Assembly (NCBI GenBank): GCA_010093605.1
Contig: MU004193.1
Location: 627,520-691,519, forward strand
Direction: 5' to 3'
DNA from: Lophium mytilinum
Taxonomy: Eukaryota
DNA: 64,000 bases
A program made the translations under genes and the position numbers. Position 1 is the first letter of the stretch. Each line of letters opens with the position of its first letter. This document shows, piece after piece, positions 39,145 to 51,763 of the stretch. A model generated the notes under the pieces. The model did no database searches, had not been told where the DNA came from, and saw nothing but the letters and a program-made list of their open reading frames with translations.

Positions 39145-39618
39145 TCATCTCCGCACGTCCTCAATCGTCGCAGTTCGAGAACTAGGCGTGCGAAACACTC
39201 ATCAGCAAACACACCACCATGAACATGCACGCTTTCATAACACATACCTCTCCTCCCGATCCCCCGTGTTTACCGTCCCCGCCTGCTCAATCATCATCAC
39301 ACTCGCCTCTTCCTCGGCCTCAGGCAAATGCTGCACGCCCTTCGGGACAACCCACATCTCGCCCTTTGTCAAAACCACCTTCTTCTCCGAGCTCTCATCA
39401 TCTTTCCGCTCCCGATAGTTCAGAGTCAAAGGGCCGCCGTCAACAACGTAAAACAGCTCATCCGTGTCAGGATGCGCGTGCCAGATGAACTTGCCCTGGA
39501 GCTTGGCGATGCGAACCTCGGTGGTGCTGTTGACGCAGGCGACCATTTTGGGCTGCCAGGGCGAGGTGATGCTGGAGATGACGGCGGGGATGGAGAGTTT
39601 GGAGGGGATTGAGGCCAT
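39145..39618 (-). CDS. Small cupin-domain protein (135 aa)
   Basis: Exons 39618-39248 and 39181-39145. Metal-binding motifs WHAHPDTDELF and VPKGVQHLP, plus AGTVNTGD. Confidence 0.9.
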
Positions 39619-40914
39619 GGCGAAGGTAGTGTAAGGGTAATTATGGTTGGATCTGGATGGGAATATTGAGATGAGTCCTGCTGTATTGGCTCAAACTTAC
39701 GCTCGCGCGGTCCAGGTGCCTTTTATACTATTATATCTATTCGAAGCAGTCCCTTCTTTAGTCCGCTTTTGGAATACATGTCAGCAATAGGGCGTGCCTA
39801 GTTTTACGGCCGTATTTGTTAACAGGTGGTGTGGAGTAGAAAGGGAGAGGTTAAGTTCCGAAGGGCGCGGTTGGGCCAGGTTTTCAAAACATAGACGCTA
39901 AGCCATTCTCGGAAATACACAGGGATTTGAGTATGTTGTCACTCTCAATATAGATTTGTTTATAGAAAGCTTATATTGATTTTAGTAACTCGCGACACTG
40001 GATCTACACAAACAACGTAATGATAGATGTCACGCTCTCAGATCTTAAGTCTTGTACCATCTTTTGCCCCCACCCTGCACTCATCTCCCCGTTCCTAGTA
40101 GGCATATTAAACCCAAAACCTCATATCATCCGCCACGCCGAACTACTCTGGATCTGCTGCTGAATCCACGAAACCGCGTTCTGATGATCTACATATCCAT
40201 TACATTAGCCTGCTACCTTACTACGCCTCCTAACCCAAGGGTCACCAGCTTCCTCTGTATATCCTGCGTATTCGGGTTCTGAAGCCCAGCATTCTGGGGA
40301 AGACGGCCCTGAGGATTTCGGAACGATGTCTGAAGTTACACAGGAGACTCCGCAGAAGGGCAAACATTGACGACTTCTAAACAGACTGGGCTGCATCAAC
40401 AAAGTGAGCCAGGGGTGCTTCCTGTGATCTTCACGAAACGCGTGGTGTATGTACTTTAAATCGACAGCGCCTTTAACCAGGAAACGTACTAGAAAATATC
40501 ATGGAACATTGATTTGGTCTCTGCTATAGGGCCAGGTTCGCGGAGTTTGGTAGGAGAAGGTCTGGTGACCAGATCGAGCTATGTCTGGACGCAGACGTCC
40601 TCTTATTGCGCGATATATGGCCACTTTTGGGATAGCCTAGCGACTTTATATCTCCTCTTCGACTATCCAATCAGGTCGGACCAGGCTTGAGCTTCATTGA
40701 GAGGCCTCATAGAGTGACAAGAAATGCGCACGGGCGGATGCCTAGGCAAGTTATTCATCTTCAATGCAAGCTACGAATCGGGAGAAAGCAATCGTATTGG
40801 GTATAAAGCCTAGCCTGCACTATTTACACGCCGCTGGAAACTCACCAGACCTGTCTGGAATGCTTTAATGTGGCCTCGTTCGTATCAGAGATTTCTCTAT
40901 CCCTGTTCAGTATT

Positions 40915-42728
40915 CTACGATCGAGGACTGTTAACAGCGGAAGCGTCTCCTTTCTTGATGAGGCCGGCGAAGAAGGAGGCGAGCCTGTCGTTCTCCGACT
41001 GTGGAGCTTGACCGGCGGTGGGGCTTGTTGGAGTAGCAGGATCTGTGTCAGAGGAGCGATTGGCCTCTCGGTCCTGCGATGGTGGCGTCAGTGTGTTAAA
41101 ACTTTAAGGAAAAAAAGAAGAAAAGTGGCATACCTGCAACCTCTTTACCATCTCATCAGCATTCACTTGGATTCCTCCCATATTAAATTGCACAGGCCCA
41201 ATATGCTCCTCAACAACACCACTAGCTTCGTCCTGAGCAACATAAGTACTAGCTCCACCCTTCTTCTTGTCAGCCCCTTTCTTCTCTCGGTCATCTTCTT
41301 GGCGCAAGCGGTCGAGTATCTCCACCTGCGACGCCAGGAAAGTCTGAGCTTCTGTGCTCGGAACTTCTAGACCATTGGCGTTCTTCGAATTCAGAGCAGA
41401 AAGAGCTGAGTCTTGCTCTGGATCCCGAATCGTCCCTTCGTACACTGATACCGCGGTAACCTCTTCCATCTCTGGAGACGGCTCCGGTTCTGCTGAGACC
41501 AATTCACCCGTCTCCGTTTCGGGCTCAGTGTCAGTCTTCGCGTGTCCATTCGACACGACTTCCGTGGGCGTCGGCGGTGGTAACGGAGCCTGTATATCTT
41601 CCGACCAAGCTTGGCTCACACCCTCAACGTCAAAGCCCTCCCTCAATATCCGAATTTTGCCCCATGAGTCCCAGTTCGGTGGTATAAGGATATGATCGCG
41701 ATCGATAACATTATGCTTCAACTGCTTTTGTCTTAGCATTGACTTGATACCGAGGCTGGAGTGTATGAGAGTTTGTAGTGGTCCAGGGGCAGAGTTCATG
41801 GTGTATATCAAGCTAGAACCGTGCTTAAGGAGTACTGTCCGTAAGTACTGCAGTACAAAGTCAAACTCCTCCTCTTTCCACCCACGCTCGCGCTCCAACC
41901 CTTCGATTTTGTCGGCATTCTGACACACCACACAAAGAGGGATACCGAGAGGCTCGTCCCATTCGCCTTGTCCTAAGGGGAGGACTGCAGTATCAGCAGA
42001 TCCACTTCCGGTATTGTCAGAGGACCCTCCGAGGCCTCGGTGTCGGTCTCTCCAGGCGTTTATGTTCTCTTCCATCACGTCTTTCGATTCGTCGTCGAGT
42101 GAGGACACTAATGATCGCAAGACTCGAATCCAATCGCGAAGCTGTCGCAGCCACAGCCAGGGATGTTCCCAGTCAAGTAGTATTACAATGAGCATGTTGG
42201 GCAGTGTCTTCGGTGTGAGGTATGGTTTGAGTAGAGGCGTGAAGGAAGGGGTAGGTTGAGTGAGGAGGTAGAGGGAAAGTCGGGCGAGCGTATCTGTTGC
42301 CAGTCAGATGGATGCGTGTATCGCAGTTGAGATGTTATAGCTATACCTTCTTGGTCTGAGTCTAGGACATCCAGATATGTATATCCCAGGGCGAATTGAT
42401 TCGCAATTGGGGGTCTGCGGCCGCGGTCTGGAGGCCTCCGACTTGTCGCGGGGTCTGTCGAGAGAGACTCAAGGAATCCTTTCTGTGTTTCTGGTGTTCC
42501 TCCTGTGAATCAATGGCATCAGCATCCCGCGAACAACCGTGGCGGCATACAGTGCATACCTAGAACCAGGAGGCTCTTCTCCGGCATCCGCTTCCCGCTG
42601 GAAACGCCGTCCAGCATAGGGATCCATATCTCTTTTTTAGAATCATCGCTACTTTTTGGCCTTACATCAAGATCAGTGGCGATCGACCGGGTTGCGTAGT
42701 TCGATACTCGACGGGTTGCGGCAGCCAT
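40915..42728 (-). CDS. Cytoplasmic dynein light intermediate chain
   Basis: Exons 42728-42560, 42502-42347, 42293-41134, 41073-40915. Motifs ANQFALGYTY, LLDW, DFVLQYLRTVLLKHG, IPPNWDSWGKIR and LASFFAGL. Confidence 0.93.
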
Positions 42729-43179
42729 GGCGGAGGTGCTTCGGGGGTTTCAGGACGCGTCGCGGAGGATGAGGAGGCAGAGCATGCGAGGGAGCTGGAG
42801 AAGAAGACGCGGGGATGAAGGTGGTGACTACAAATATTAGGCGGAATATCGAGACAGCACGGCGGTATGTCAGGCGCGGCTCAAGCTGGCATGGCTGCTT
42901 TGTTTCATTCGGGCGAGATGAAATCTGGGGGTTGAGGTCGCCTAGCGCGCCCCCTACAAACCTCGCCGGTTCATCACCAAGTAACTTCTTCGACACCACC
43001 ATTCTATAGCCCGCGCCCGGACTCGAATACGAGACAACCTCCTCCCCAGGCCCAAATCACCTCTATCTCTAGTCTTACTGTGTACCCTCGTAGTCTAGCT
43101 GAAATCCACTGGCGGTGAAGCTGAGCGCTTCGAAGAGCTGCTCACGCCGAAAAACTGGGGACCACCTCCAAGCGGAACC

Positions 43180-44208
43180 ATGAACACAATCCGCCAGATC
43201 CAAGACCTCAACAAGCGCGAGCTCGAATCCGCAGTCAGCACAGAAGGCTCCTGGCACACCGACTACCGCGACACCGCCTACATCTACATCGGCGGGCTCC
43301 CGTTCGACTTCACAGAAGGCGATGTCATCACCGTCTTCTCACAATTCGGGGAGCCCGTCTACATCAACATGGTGCGCGACAAAGAAACGGGCAAGTCAAA
43401 AGGGTTTGCGTTCCTGAAATACGAAGACCAGCGGAGCACGGATCTTGCGGTGGATAATCTGGGCGGGGCGACGGTTTTGGGGAGGGTGCTGAAGGTAGAT
43501 CACACGCGGTATAAGCGGAAGGAGGGGGAGGAGGAGGTTGATAACACCGGGTGGAAGCCTACGGGTAAGGGCAATGCTGAAGTCACTGAGGATGAGGAAG
43601 AGGGTGGGCGCAGGAAGAAGAGGCGGACCGAGAGCGCGAGCGAGAGTGAGGAGGAGCGGCCGATGCTGAAGGAGGAGATCGAGTTAGCGAAGCTGGTTAG
43701 GGAGCACGATGATGATGATCCTATGAAGGCGTACATGGTCAAGCAGAAGCGGGAGGAAGTTGAGGAGGCTTTGAAGAAATACATGAAGGGAAAGAGCAAG
43801 GAGAACAAGCATAAGCATCACTCAAAGCGGCATCGTCGAGACCGGTCGAGGGACAGGGAGCGGTCAGATCGACGCATCAAGGCGGGATCAGAGGAGGTTG
43901 ATTCGCGACGCAAAGAGCGTTCTCGACGTGATCACTCTAGGGACAGGGACCGGCACGTCAAAGCTGAGGCCGAAGAGCGCAGTTCACGACACAAAGAGGT
44001 CTCTCGACGAGATGCCTCTAGAGACCGCCGCATAAAAGGGGATTCTGAAGAGCCGGACTCACGGCGTAAAGAACACTCTCGACGAGATCACTCCAGGGAC
44101 CGTCGACGGGAGCGATCAGGAAGTAGGGACCGCCGGCGAGAAAGGTCAGGAAGTAGGGACCGCCGGCGAGAAAGGTCAGGAAGTAGGGACCGCCGGCACA
44201 GAGACTAA
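43180..44208 (+). CDS. IST3: U2 snRNP / RES complex RRM protein Ist3 (Snu17/RBMX2)
   Basis: Motifs SWHTDYRDTAYIYIGGL, GKSKGFAFLKYEDQRST and KVDH; RS/RD-rich tail. Confidence 0.93.
   Translation: MNTIRQIQDLNKRELESAVSTEGSWHTDYRDTAYIYIGGLPFDFTEGDVITVFSQFGEPVYINMVRDKETGKSKGFAFLKYEDQRSTDLAVDNLGGATVLGRVLKVDHTRYKRKEGEEEVDNTGWKPTGKGNAEVTEDEEEGGRRKKRRTESASESEEERPMLKEEIELAKLVREHDDDDPMKAYMVKQKREEVEEALKKYMKGKSKENKHKHHSKRHRRDRSRDRERSDRRIKAGSEEVDSRRKERSRRDHSRDRDRHVKAEAEERSSRHKEVSRRDASRDRRIKGDSEEPDSRRKEHSRRDHSRDRRRERSGSRDRRRERSGSRDRRRERSGSRDRRHRD
44095..44197 (+). repeat. 30-bp coding tandem repeat (RDRRRERSGS x ~3.4)
   Basis: AGGGACCGCCGGCGAGAAAGGTCAGGAAGT at 44125 and 44155, a variant at 44095 and a partial copy at 44185. 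Confidence 0.9.
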
Positions 44209-44390
44209 TAACATAGATACCCATGCTCGAAACTCCATCAAGAATATAAACAAGCAAATCAGTTCATACACACTTTTCTACCGTATCCAAGTGTAATCGC
44301 TGCGTTACATACCCAGCGCTCAAGCCCAAAACCCCCAAATCCCATCATTACATCCATATACAATACAATCCCAAACCCACCAGACCCCAC

Positions 44391-45736
44391 CTACCCAACC
44401 CCCCTCTCACTAACCACACTCCACTCCACCCCCTTCTTAATAATCATCCTCCTACTCCCCCCACTATCCCAACTCCCCCTCCCCACCCCCCTCTCCTGCC
44501 CCCGCTCGCAACTCGCCTCAAACAGCACCTCCTCCGGCCGCAACCGCACCACCCCCTTCGCATCCCCCAGGTCCTCTAGCACATACGCGCTGCGCACCCG
44601 CTCCCCATGCGCCGCCTTCCCATGCGACGCGGCCGTCGACAGCGCCGACACGTTGTAGTAGGCGCTCGCGGCGGGGACGTCGTAAACGCTCATGAAGGGC
44701 TTCAGATACGGGATGATGGAGGCGGTGATGGCGTAGCCGACGTGCAGCTGGGTGCAGCCGGTGAGGCGGGCGAGGGGGAGGAAGGGGTTTGGGGAGGAGA
44801 GGGTGGGGAGGAGGTAGTGCAGGCGGAAGGAGATGAGGATGAGGGTGCTGCGAGATGTTAGTAAGTGAAGGAGGGAGGGGAGGGAGGAGGGGTCGTACGG
44901 TAGTCGGCAACTGAAGGCGCCCACGACGATGAGTTTCGAGCTTAGCGGCATTTGGATGCCCCACACAAGGTAGAGGGACATGGCGAAAAGCAGGATTTCG
45001 GTAGTGGCGTCGAGGGCGGCGATGGCTTGCCAGCGGGCGAAGAGGTTGGAGCAGGTAGAGAGGGAGGTGTCGGTCCAGGGGTGGCTTGGGTGGCAGCGGA
45101 GAGACACGAGGAAGAGGGAGGTGAGGATCCAGACGACGGAGAGGGAGAGGATGGTCCAGATGGCGAGGAGGTGGCCTTTCGAAGGGGTAAGGTTCACGAA
45201 GAGGAAGCAGGTGGAGAGTTTGCAGAGGAAGATGGCGGTTACGTAGAGGATGTCGCTGGCGTAGGAGGCCTATATTCTACGTTAGGTCGGGTTGGAGTGA
45301 AGGGACGCGTTTGAGGGGCTCTTTGAGGGGTAATTTGGGATATTATGGGCAAGACTACCTTTTGCAGAGAGTCTATATTGAGGGGATTCAAAATATCGTC
45401 ACTCCTCCCGAGCCCCAGTTTTACTTGGTGGAATACCACCGCTGCTTGACAGCACGCGAAGATCTGCGAAGATCAGTAAAGTTAGCAAGGGTCCTGGTTT
45501 CTTGGGTTTTAATTTAAATCTTGAAGTCGTACTGCAGCAAGAAGAAACGTATAATCATCCAACCGATACGCAACGAAGTTATGTCGCATATACATCCGAA
45601 TGAGCAACGACACAAACACAAAGCCGACCGCAACGCCCGCCAGAATAGCTATCAAGCCGCCTTGGTCGTTGAACGTAATAACGGCCCATGGTTTCGAGAC
45701 GCCGGAGGGCAGGACGATAGAGGTGGGTGATGCCAT
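44391..45736 (-). CDS. Pth11-like (fungal rhodopsin-domain) integral membrane protein
   Basis: Exons 45736-45533, 45463-45359, 45269-44899, 44847-44391. Multiple TM segments with RLDDY, YASDILY, KLS, WGIQM..K..V..AFSCRL and IPYLKPF. Confidence 0.85.
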
Positions 45737-46604
45737 CCTGTTCACCTCACAGGAAAGATACAGAGTTCATTGAATAAGAAAAATCATAGAGATAGATATT
45801 AAGATTTTGGAATGTAGGGACAGAGTAGGTAACCAGTGATAGTATCGGCATCACAAGCAATGGAAACTTGCGGGATTATCACTCCTCCACACCACATCCC
45901 GCCGCTCCCTCGCGCCCATCCGTGTTCGAAATCGCGGCTGCGCCTCCAGTCGAAATGGCATCCTGCGTGCAGACGCCATCTCGCGGCCGTACCTGAGGGC
46001 TGCGCCGAGGGCACGACGGGAGGGAGATAAGCGTATGATAAGATGGATCGGTTGCAGAAGGGCTGGACGCTGAAGGCGTTTTGGGTGTCTCAAACCCTGG
46101 AGCATCAACAGGGAACGATACGCGGCAGGATTCTAGTGTCCCCTCTTTCGCCCCGTCATTGGTGTGGGGTATGGAGGCGTTGCGAGAGTCCCCCACGGCC
46201 CGAACGCCACAAAGCTTTATCGTCTTACTGCTCAAGTGGTACTCCACGGGCTGGCCTCCGGTCGGTTGAGGCCGGGTGGATATCAACTCCTCTTTGGTAC
46301 ACTTGCCGGCGGACTGGTAGCGAGGAACTGCGGAACGGTGAGAGATGTGCATCATTTGTCGGATCAGTAGTATCCCGGGTCCATAGGCGCGGGATAAGCA
46401 TTGTAGCATGTTAATTTAGATAGATACGATAGTCTAGTCCCTGTCTACGGCACGTCTATGATGACTTATTGCATTGAGAAATGCGAGCGAGAGCGTCGTT
46501 CATCCTCTGCCAGCCACCGCCTTCTAGCTTGCATTATCTACAGTACAATGAAGGTCGTTCCCGAGCCGCGTTGAACTCAGCTCCAGAAAGCTATTCGTCT
46601 CCCA

Positions 46605-48507
46605 TTACTCCAGACGCGCGGCTCTAATCTGCTTGACGGGTCCGAAGTAAACTTTCCTCCCCTGCACAACATACATGAAAATGCAAATGATGAAGATGCC
46701 CATAAACATAACAACGCTCCAGTTGAAACTCTCCAAATCCACCGGCGTTGTCGTCGGCCAGAAACTCCAAAAGAACGTGAAAGTGACATATGCCAGACCG
46801 AGACAGTTGACAAGCACACCCCAGCGCCCAAGACTCCACCGCGCTGTAGGCAGCATCTCTGGATAGAAGACGCGTCTGTACAGAACGCATCCAACACTGA
46901 CCATGTAACTGATCATGATTGCGACGACTTGGAGCGATATGATGGCGTTGAAAGCGACGTCCGAGCCGATGTTGATGAGAGAAAGCAGTGCCGTGATAAT
47001 GCAAGTCAGGGCAATAGCATTGCCAGGTATCTCGTTGTCGACCTTGCCAATCCAATTCGAGAATGGGAGACCTCTGTCTCGCGCGAAGGCGAATGTCTGG
47101 CGAGCCGTAGATGCGTTGAAGGAGATGTTGGCAGCAATGACGAGAATGAGAAGTATGATGGTAAGGGCGTTGACTCCTGAAGTTGGGACTGCCGATTGTA
47201 ACACGTAGAGGAATGGGTAGCCAGAGGGGTCGTTGAGAGCATCCTCGACACTAGCAATGGAGAAGAGGTAGGTGATGAGGAAGATGACGGCCACAACGCC
47301 ATTACCAATGTAGCTCCAGAAGAGTGAGATCGGGACGTAGCGACCAGCGTCACGTACTTCTTCGGCCATATGCGCTGTTGCATCAGAACCAAGCAGCGAA
47401 TAAATAGCGGTAATCTGGCCAACCATAAGACTCAAGCCCATCGAAGACCAGCCGCCGGAGTTGGTGAATTCAGTGAAGACCGCCTTTGCGGACTGGTGAG
47501 GTGCCATGACCCAAAGAACGACGATGGTCACCAAGAATCCAAGTACGTGGAGCACGAACAGTCCGTTTTGGATCTTGGGCCACATCTGCGCTCCCCACAT
47601 GTTCACAGCGTACACGATGACCACCATGGCGAAGACGAGAAGTGTTCCTTGGTATGGCTGGGGCTCATAGTTGGGGAAATTGATCCCGACGAGAGCTTGG
47701 ATAATGGTTCCTGTCAGGAATGAACCTGAGGCATTTCCGGCTTGCCAGGACAGCGTCGACATCCAACCTACGTTGCGAATCAGCTTTCAGTTAGATGGTT
47801 ACTGAGGGCACTCGAATATAATCGAGGTCATGTGGCATACCGGTGAAGTAGCTCAGAAACTGCTGATACTTGGGAGGAGCAAATTCTGAGACCCAATGGT
47901 ATTGGCCTCCGCTGATGGGAGCCCTGTGAACGGTTCATTAGTATACGCAATGGTAAAGCGTGCAGAATGGGGACTCACATTGAAGCCATCTCAGCCAGTG
48001 ATAACTCTACAAATCCGAAACCAATGAAGGTCCAAACGTACGCCCAGAAAACACCAGCAAGTCCTCCATCAATGAGACCTTGAGTGTTTGCCCTGGAGAA
48101 GCAGGAGAGGTAAGCACTTGGGAGCCAAAGTGGGATTGGAAGCCGTAATGTTGACTGACATCATCAAGTATTCCCATACTGCGGTCAAGACCATTGCAAA
48201 GCTGTAAACAGACAATGGCCGGTAGCTTCGCTGTCCGAGATATCAGCATTTCCTTGAAGTGTCTCGAGGTCTGTTGGGATAATCTTACTCTGAGTTCCTG
48301 AATCTTGCCCATCCTGAACATGTCCTTCTGGTCATTCCTGGTGAAACCAGGGCGACTAGGATTCGCCTGGTTGTAGAGGTCATCTCCAGCTTCAGTGTCG
48401 TCGACACCATCAAGGCTGTATTTTGTCTTGGAGACTTCAGTAGAGGAAGCTTGAAACTCCGTTTTGCTGGATACGCCAATGGCCTCGGCCTCAATCTTCT
48501 CGGCCAT
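46605..48507 (-). CDS. APC-family amino acid permease (GABA/choline permease-like)
   Basis: Multi-exon. Motifs DMFRMGKIQEL, LAEMAS, GGQYHWVSEFAP, HMAEEV and FAFARDRGLPFS. Confidence 0.92.
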
Positions 48508-49472
48508 GGTAGCGATGGGGACAATACCAAGTTTACAGCGCGAAAACCCTAGCAGGATGCCGGAAAAAGGTGCTATCGAAAAAGTCGCGAGGTGGGACAG
48601 GTTGACAAGAACTGGGGAGATATGGACAGACGATAAAAGCACGCTAGCATGCGGCAAAGCAGATGGGTTGTCTTACCCCAGCATACGTAGGCGAGCAGGC
48701 CGATGCCTGAGGAGTGGTCTGGAATGCATGCAGTTCGTACAATCGCCTGGGCGTACAGAAGCCGCTTTTGGGAGGGAATTGGGATTCAGAGCCGAGTTGG
48801 CTGTAAGCTGATTGGCAGATGCAGGCAGGGAGCGGGCGGGAGACCTGAGGCTTGATGAGCTTGAACGGAGAAAAGCAAAAGTAAGGTTGCGCAAACGATG
48901 GACACCCAGTAGCGCCCTGCATCCAGCTTATGCATGGCGTATCTCTCTCGGCTGAGCCCTTGGACCATCCCGCGCCATTTAACGCCAGTCCCGTTGTTGG
49001 CACCCCAAACCTTGCCCCGGCTCGTACCCAGGACGACGGACTCGGCTCCGCAATTCGTACGGTATCTTTCTGTCCATGGGGTGGGGAATGGCTCGGTGGG
49101 CTTGTGGCATGATCTCCAAGCCTTCTGCTACATTTCGTCTTTTTCAGAATGACTGGGCTAAGCGGAGTCCCACGCGTGCCCATGGTTCTCTCCGCTTAGA
49201 GCTACCATAATCATAATGAGTAGCGTTGCACAACGTCTTTCTGAAACCGGTCGTGACACCGCCTATCAATTATGCTTTGACAGGTAAAGATTTGCAACCG
49301 ATGAAGATAGATAAGAAAGCTCGTTCTAGATGCACCAAACGCGCGAGCCCTGTATCTCTTCACTGCAACTGCCGAGAATCGGACGTAAAGTTGAACAAGG
49401 CCGTGGTTAGCTTCAGCTGGTTAGAACTAATCATGATAGTGCGTTCAGTATGCAGGTTCTACCCCAGATCCA

Positions 49473-50503
49473 TCAGAGTTTCTGCCCCTCAACCCCGATC
49501 TCGACCACTTGATCCAACCCCTGATACGGCGGGACATCTAGCTCGTACTTCTCCGCTATGGCGGGGCTGAGAAACCTAGACACAATCAGTCAAGCTCAAG
49601 GGGTATATTAAGGATGCTCTTACCGTCCGCCAATGAAATGTCTCCCTTTGAACCATTTGACTAGAGGCTTCGGCGCAGTCAAAGAAATGAGAGCCTGTGG
49701 TTGGAAGCCCTTCCCAGGACCGGAGTCTGGCGGTCCATCTTCAATGTTCCAGGAAGAAGGCGCATCTACCGCTAGCACCGGAATCTTGGTGTCCCGGAGA
49801 GCCTCGATGACTTTGGGAAAGGGTTCGCGAACTTCACCGGAAAAGGAGAAGCCTGGAAGTCGAAGGATTAGATTGTTAAAGGGGCGTTGACAGAACCGCA
49901 GGGCATGCTGATACTTACCGAAGATGGCGTCAACAATGTGGTCAGTTTGCTTCACAGCCGAATCGAAGTCCTCAGTGAACGGGATGTCGAGGTCTTTCAA
50001 CTGCTTCGTGAGACGCTAAGGCAACAAGTCAACACGGGCGTCAGCTCCATGAGGCGAACCTCGTACCTGATAGAGTTCGCTCTTGCTCTGCTTTGGGTAG
50101 TACATTGTAGGCTGGTACCCGTAGTGGTAGAGGTGACGAGCTGCCACGAGGCCGTCTCCACCTTGAAGAAAATTTGAGCACATTGCCCACATGTTCATCT
50201 GAGAATAGTACCTACCATTGTTTCCAGGTCCACAGGCGACTAGAATTCTCTTCCCTTGGTTGAGTGGTTGGAGCTTGAATACTGTTTCGATGAGTTACGT
50301 CACCTGAGAACGAGTTGTTCATCATTCTTACCAGCTTGTGAGACTGATAATCCAGCGAGCTCCATCAGTTGATCAATAGAGAAAGCCCCAGAGCTCATCA
50401 GCTCTTTGTCCAGAGCCGCAGCGCTCTTTGCCGAGAGTGTCTAGGGGATTGGTTAGGCAGAGACTCAATACAGCTCTTGAAAGGTCCATACCCTCAAAGT
50501 CAT
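49473..50503 (-). CDS. NNR1: NAD(P)H-hydrate epimerase (YjeF N-terminal domain)
   Basis: Multi-exon. Motifs [44 protein letters not shown] and LISLTAPK. Confidence 0.92.
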
Positions 50504-50916
50504 TCTGGCAATGAGTGAGTAGAGACAGCAAATGAGATGTTAAAGTTCAATGAAAAGATTAGGACGTTTGATGATGCTGGCCGAGGAGGCAATCCGGATT
50601 ACATCACACCACGTCGACGAGCAATGCCAAGCTAAAATGGAGCTTGAGAGTCAACAACTGGCCCTTAGCAATGGAGTTTCTGTAGAGTGCAACTTCGATA
50701 GGTCTCCTGGCCGTTGCTACTTGTTCTGTTGCAACAGCAGAAACCTTAGAAATAGAAGTAGATTCTGATGCTGGATCGTTTATATTCAATCCCAGAGCCA
50801 CCGAATCGGGGAATTGTCCCCGGCGAAAGCATTTCTCCATCCCCGTCTTGGCGCGCTCCAAAAGTTCAGCAACCTCACCATTGAATCCGCCCTTCCATCC
50901 ACCAATCCACAGCATC

Positions 50917-51763
50917 ATGGTTCTCAGAATCCGCCTCTCGCGCTTCGGCAAGCGCCACGACCCGTTCTACAATATTGTCGTCTCGCACGCACGGTATGTA
51001 GCCCGCCTAGGGTCCATCCCATCCCATTTCCTCTTACACGATGTTAAGACAACACTCGCTCTAAACCCGGCAATGCCCTCAACAAAAGCTGGAATTGACT
51101 GCTTGCTATCACAAATTTTTATACTAACACCTCCCAGCACTGCCCGCGACAGCAAACCCCTCGAAGTCCTCGGCACCTACGACCCCATCCCGCAACCCCC
51201 TCCCCCAGGCTCGGTCTCCCGCCGCGCATTTAAAGAAATTAAGCTCGATGCCGCGAGGGCTCGGTACTGGATCGGTGTGGGTGCACAGCCAAGCGATTCA
51301 GCGTGGCGGCTGTTATCAATGGTAGTCCTACCCGTCTATCTGTGCTGCACTACAGGGACTTGAACAGGAGCTGATGATCTTGCAGATTGGGATTCTAGAA
51401 CCACGTTTCCGCGTTGCGCAGATAAAGCAACAAGTCGTGACTGCAGATAATCCACTGGTGGCTGTGGATGCGACGCGGAGAGCGGCTGAGGCGACGGCGC
51501 GGAGAGCGGCTGAGGCGGCGGCAAGGAAGGCCAAGAAATCTGCTGCTAAGGCGACAATTCCTCCACCGGGCATGGGACACATGGGTCGTGGTGGCACGTC
51601 GGGTGTCGTTCCATTCCGCGCTGGTGATTGGAAGTGCGGCTCCGACGGCTGCGGATATCACAACTTTGCGAAGAACGTCAGCTGTCTCCGCTGTGGTGCT
51701 AGCCGTACCAATGCCGCGATTCCGGCTGACTCGGGAGCAAAAGACAGTATGAGCACTCAATGA
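50917..51763 (+). CDS. MRPS16: Mitochondrial ribosomal protein S16 (bS16m) with C-terminal RanBP2-type zinc finger, 212 aa
   Basis: Exons 50917-50993, 51138-51321, 51386-51763. S16 motifs RIRLSRFG..PFYNIVV..RTARDSKPLEVLGTYDP and YWIGVGAQPSD, then DWKCGSDGCGYHNFAKNVSCLRC. Confidence 0.9.
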
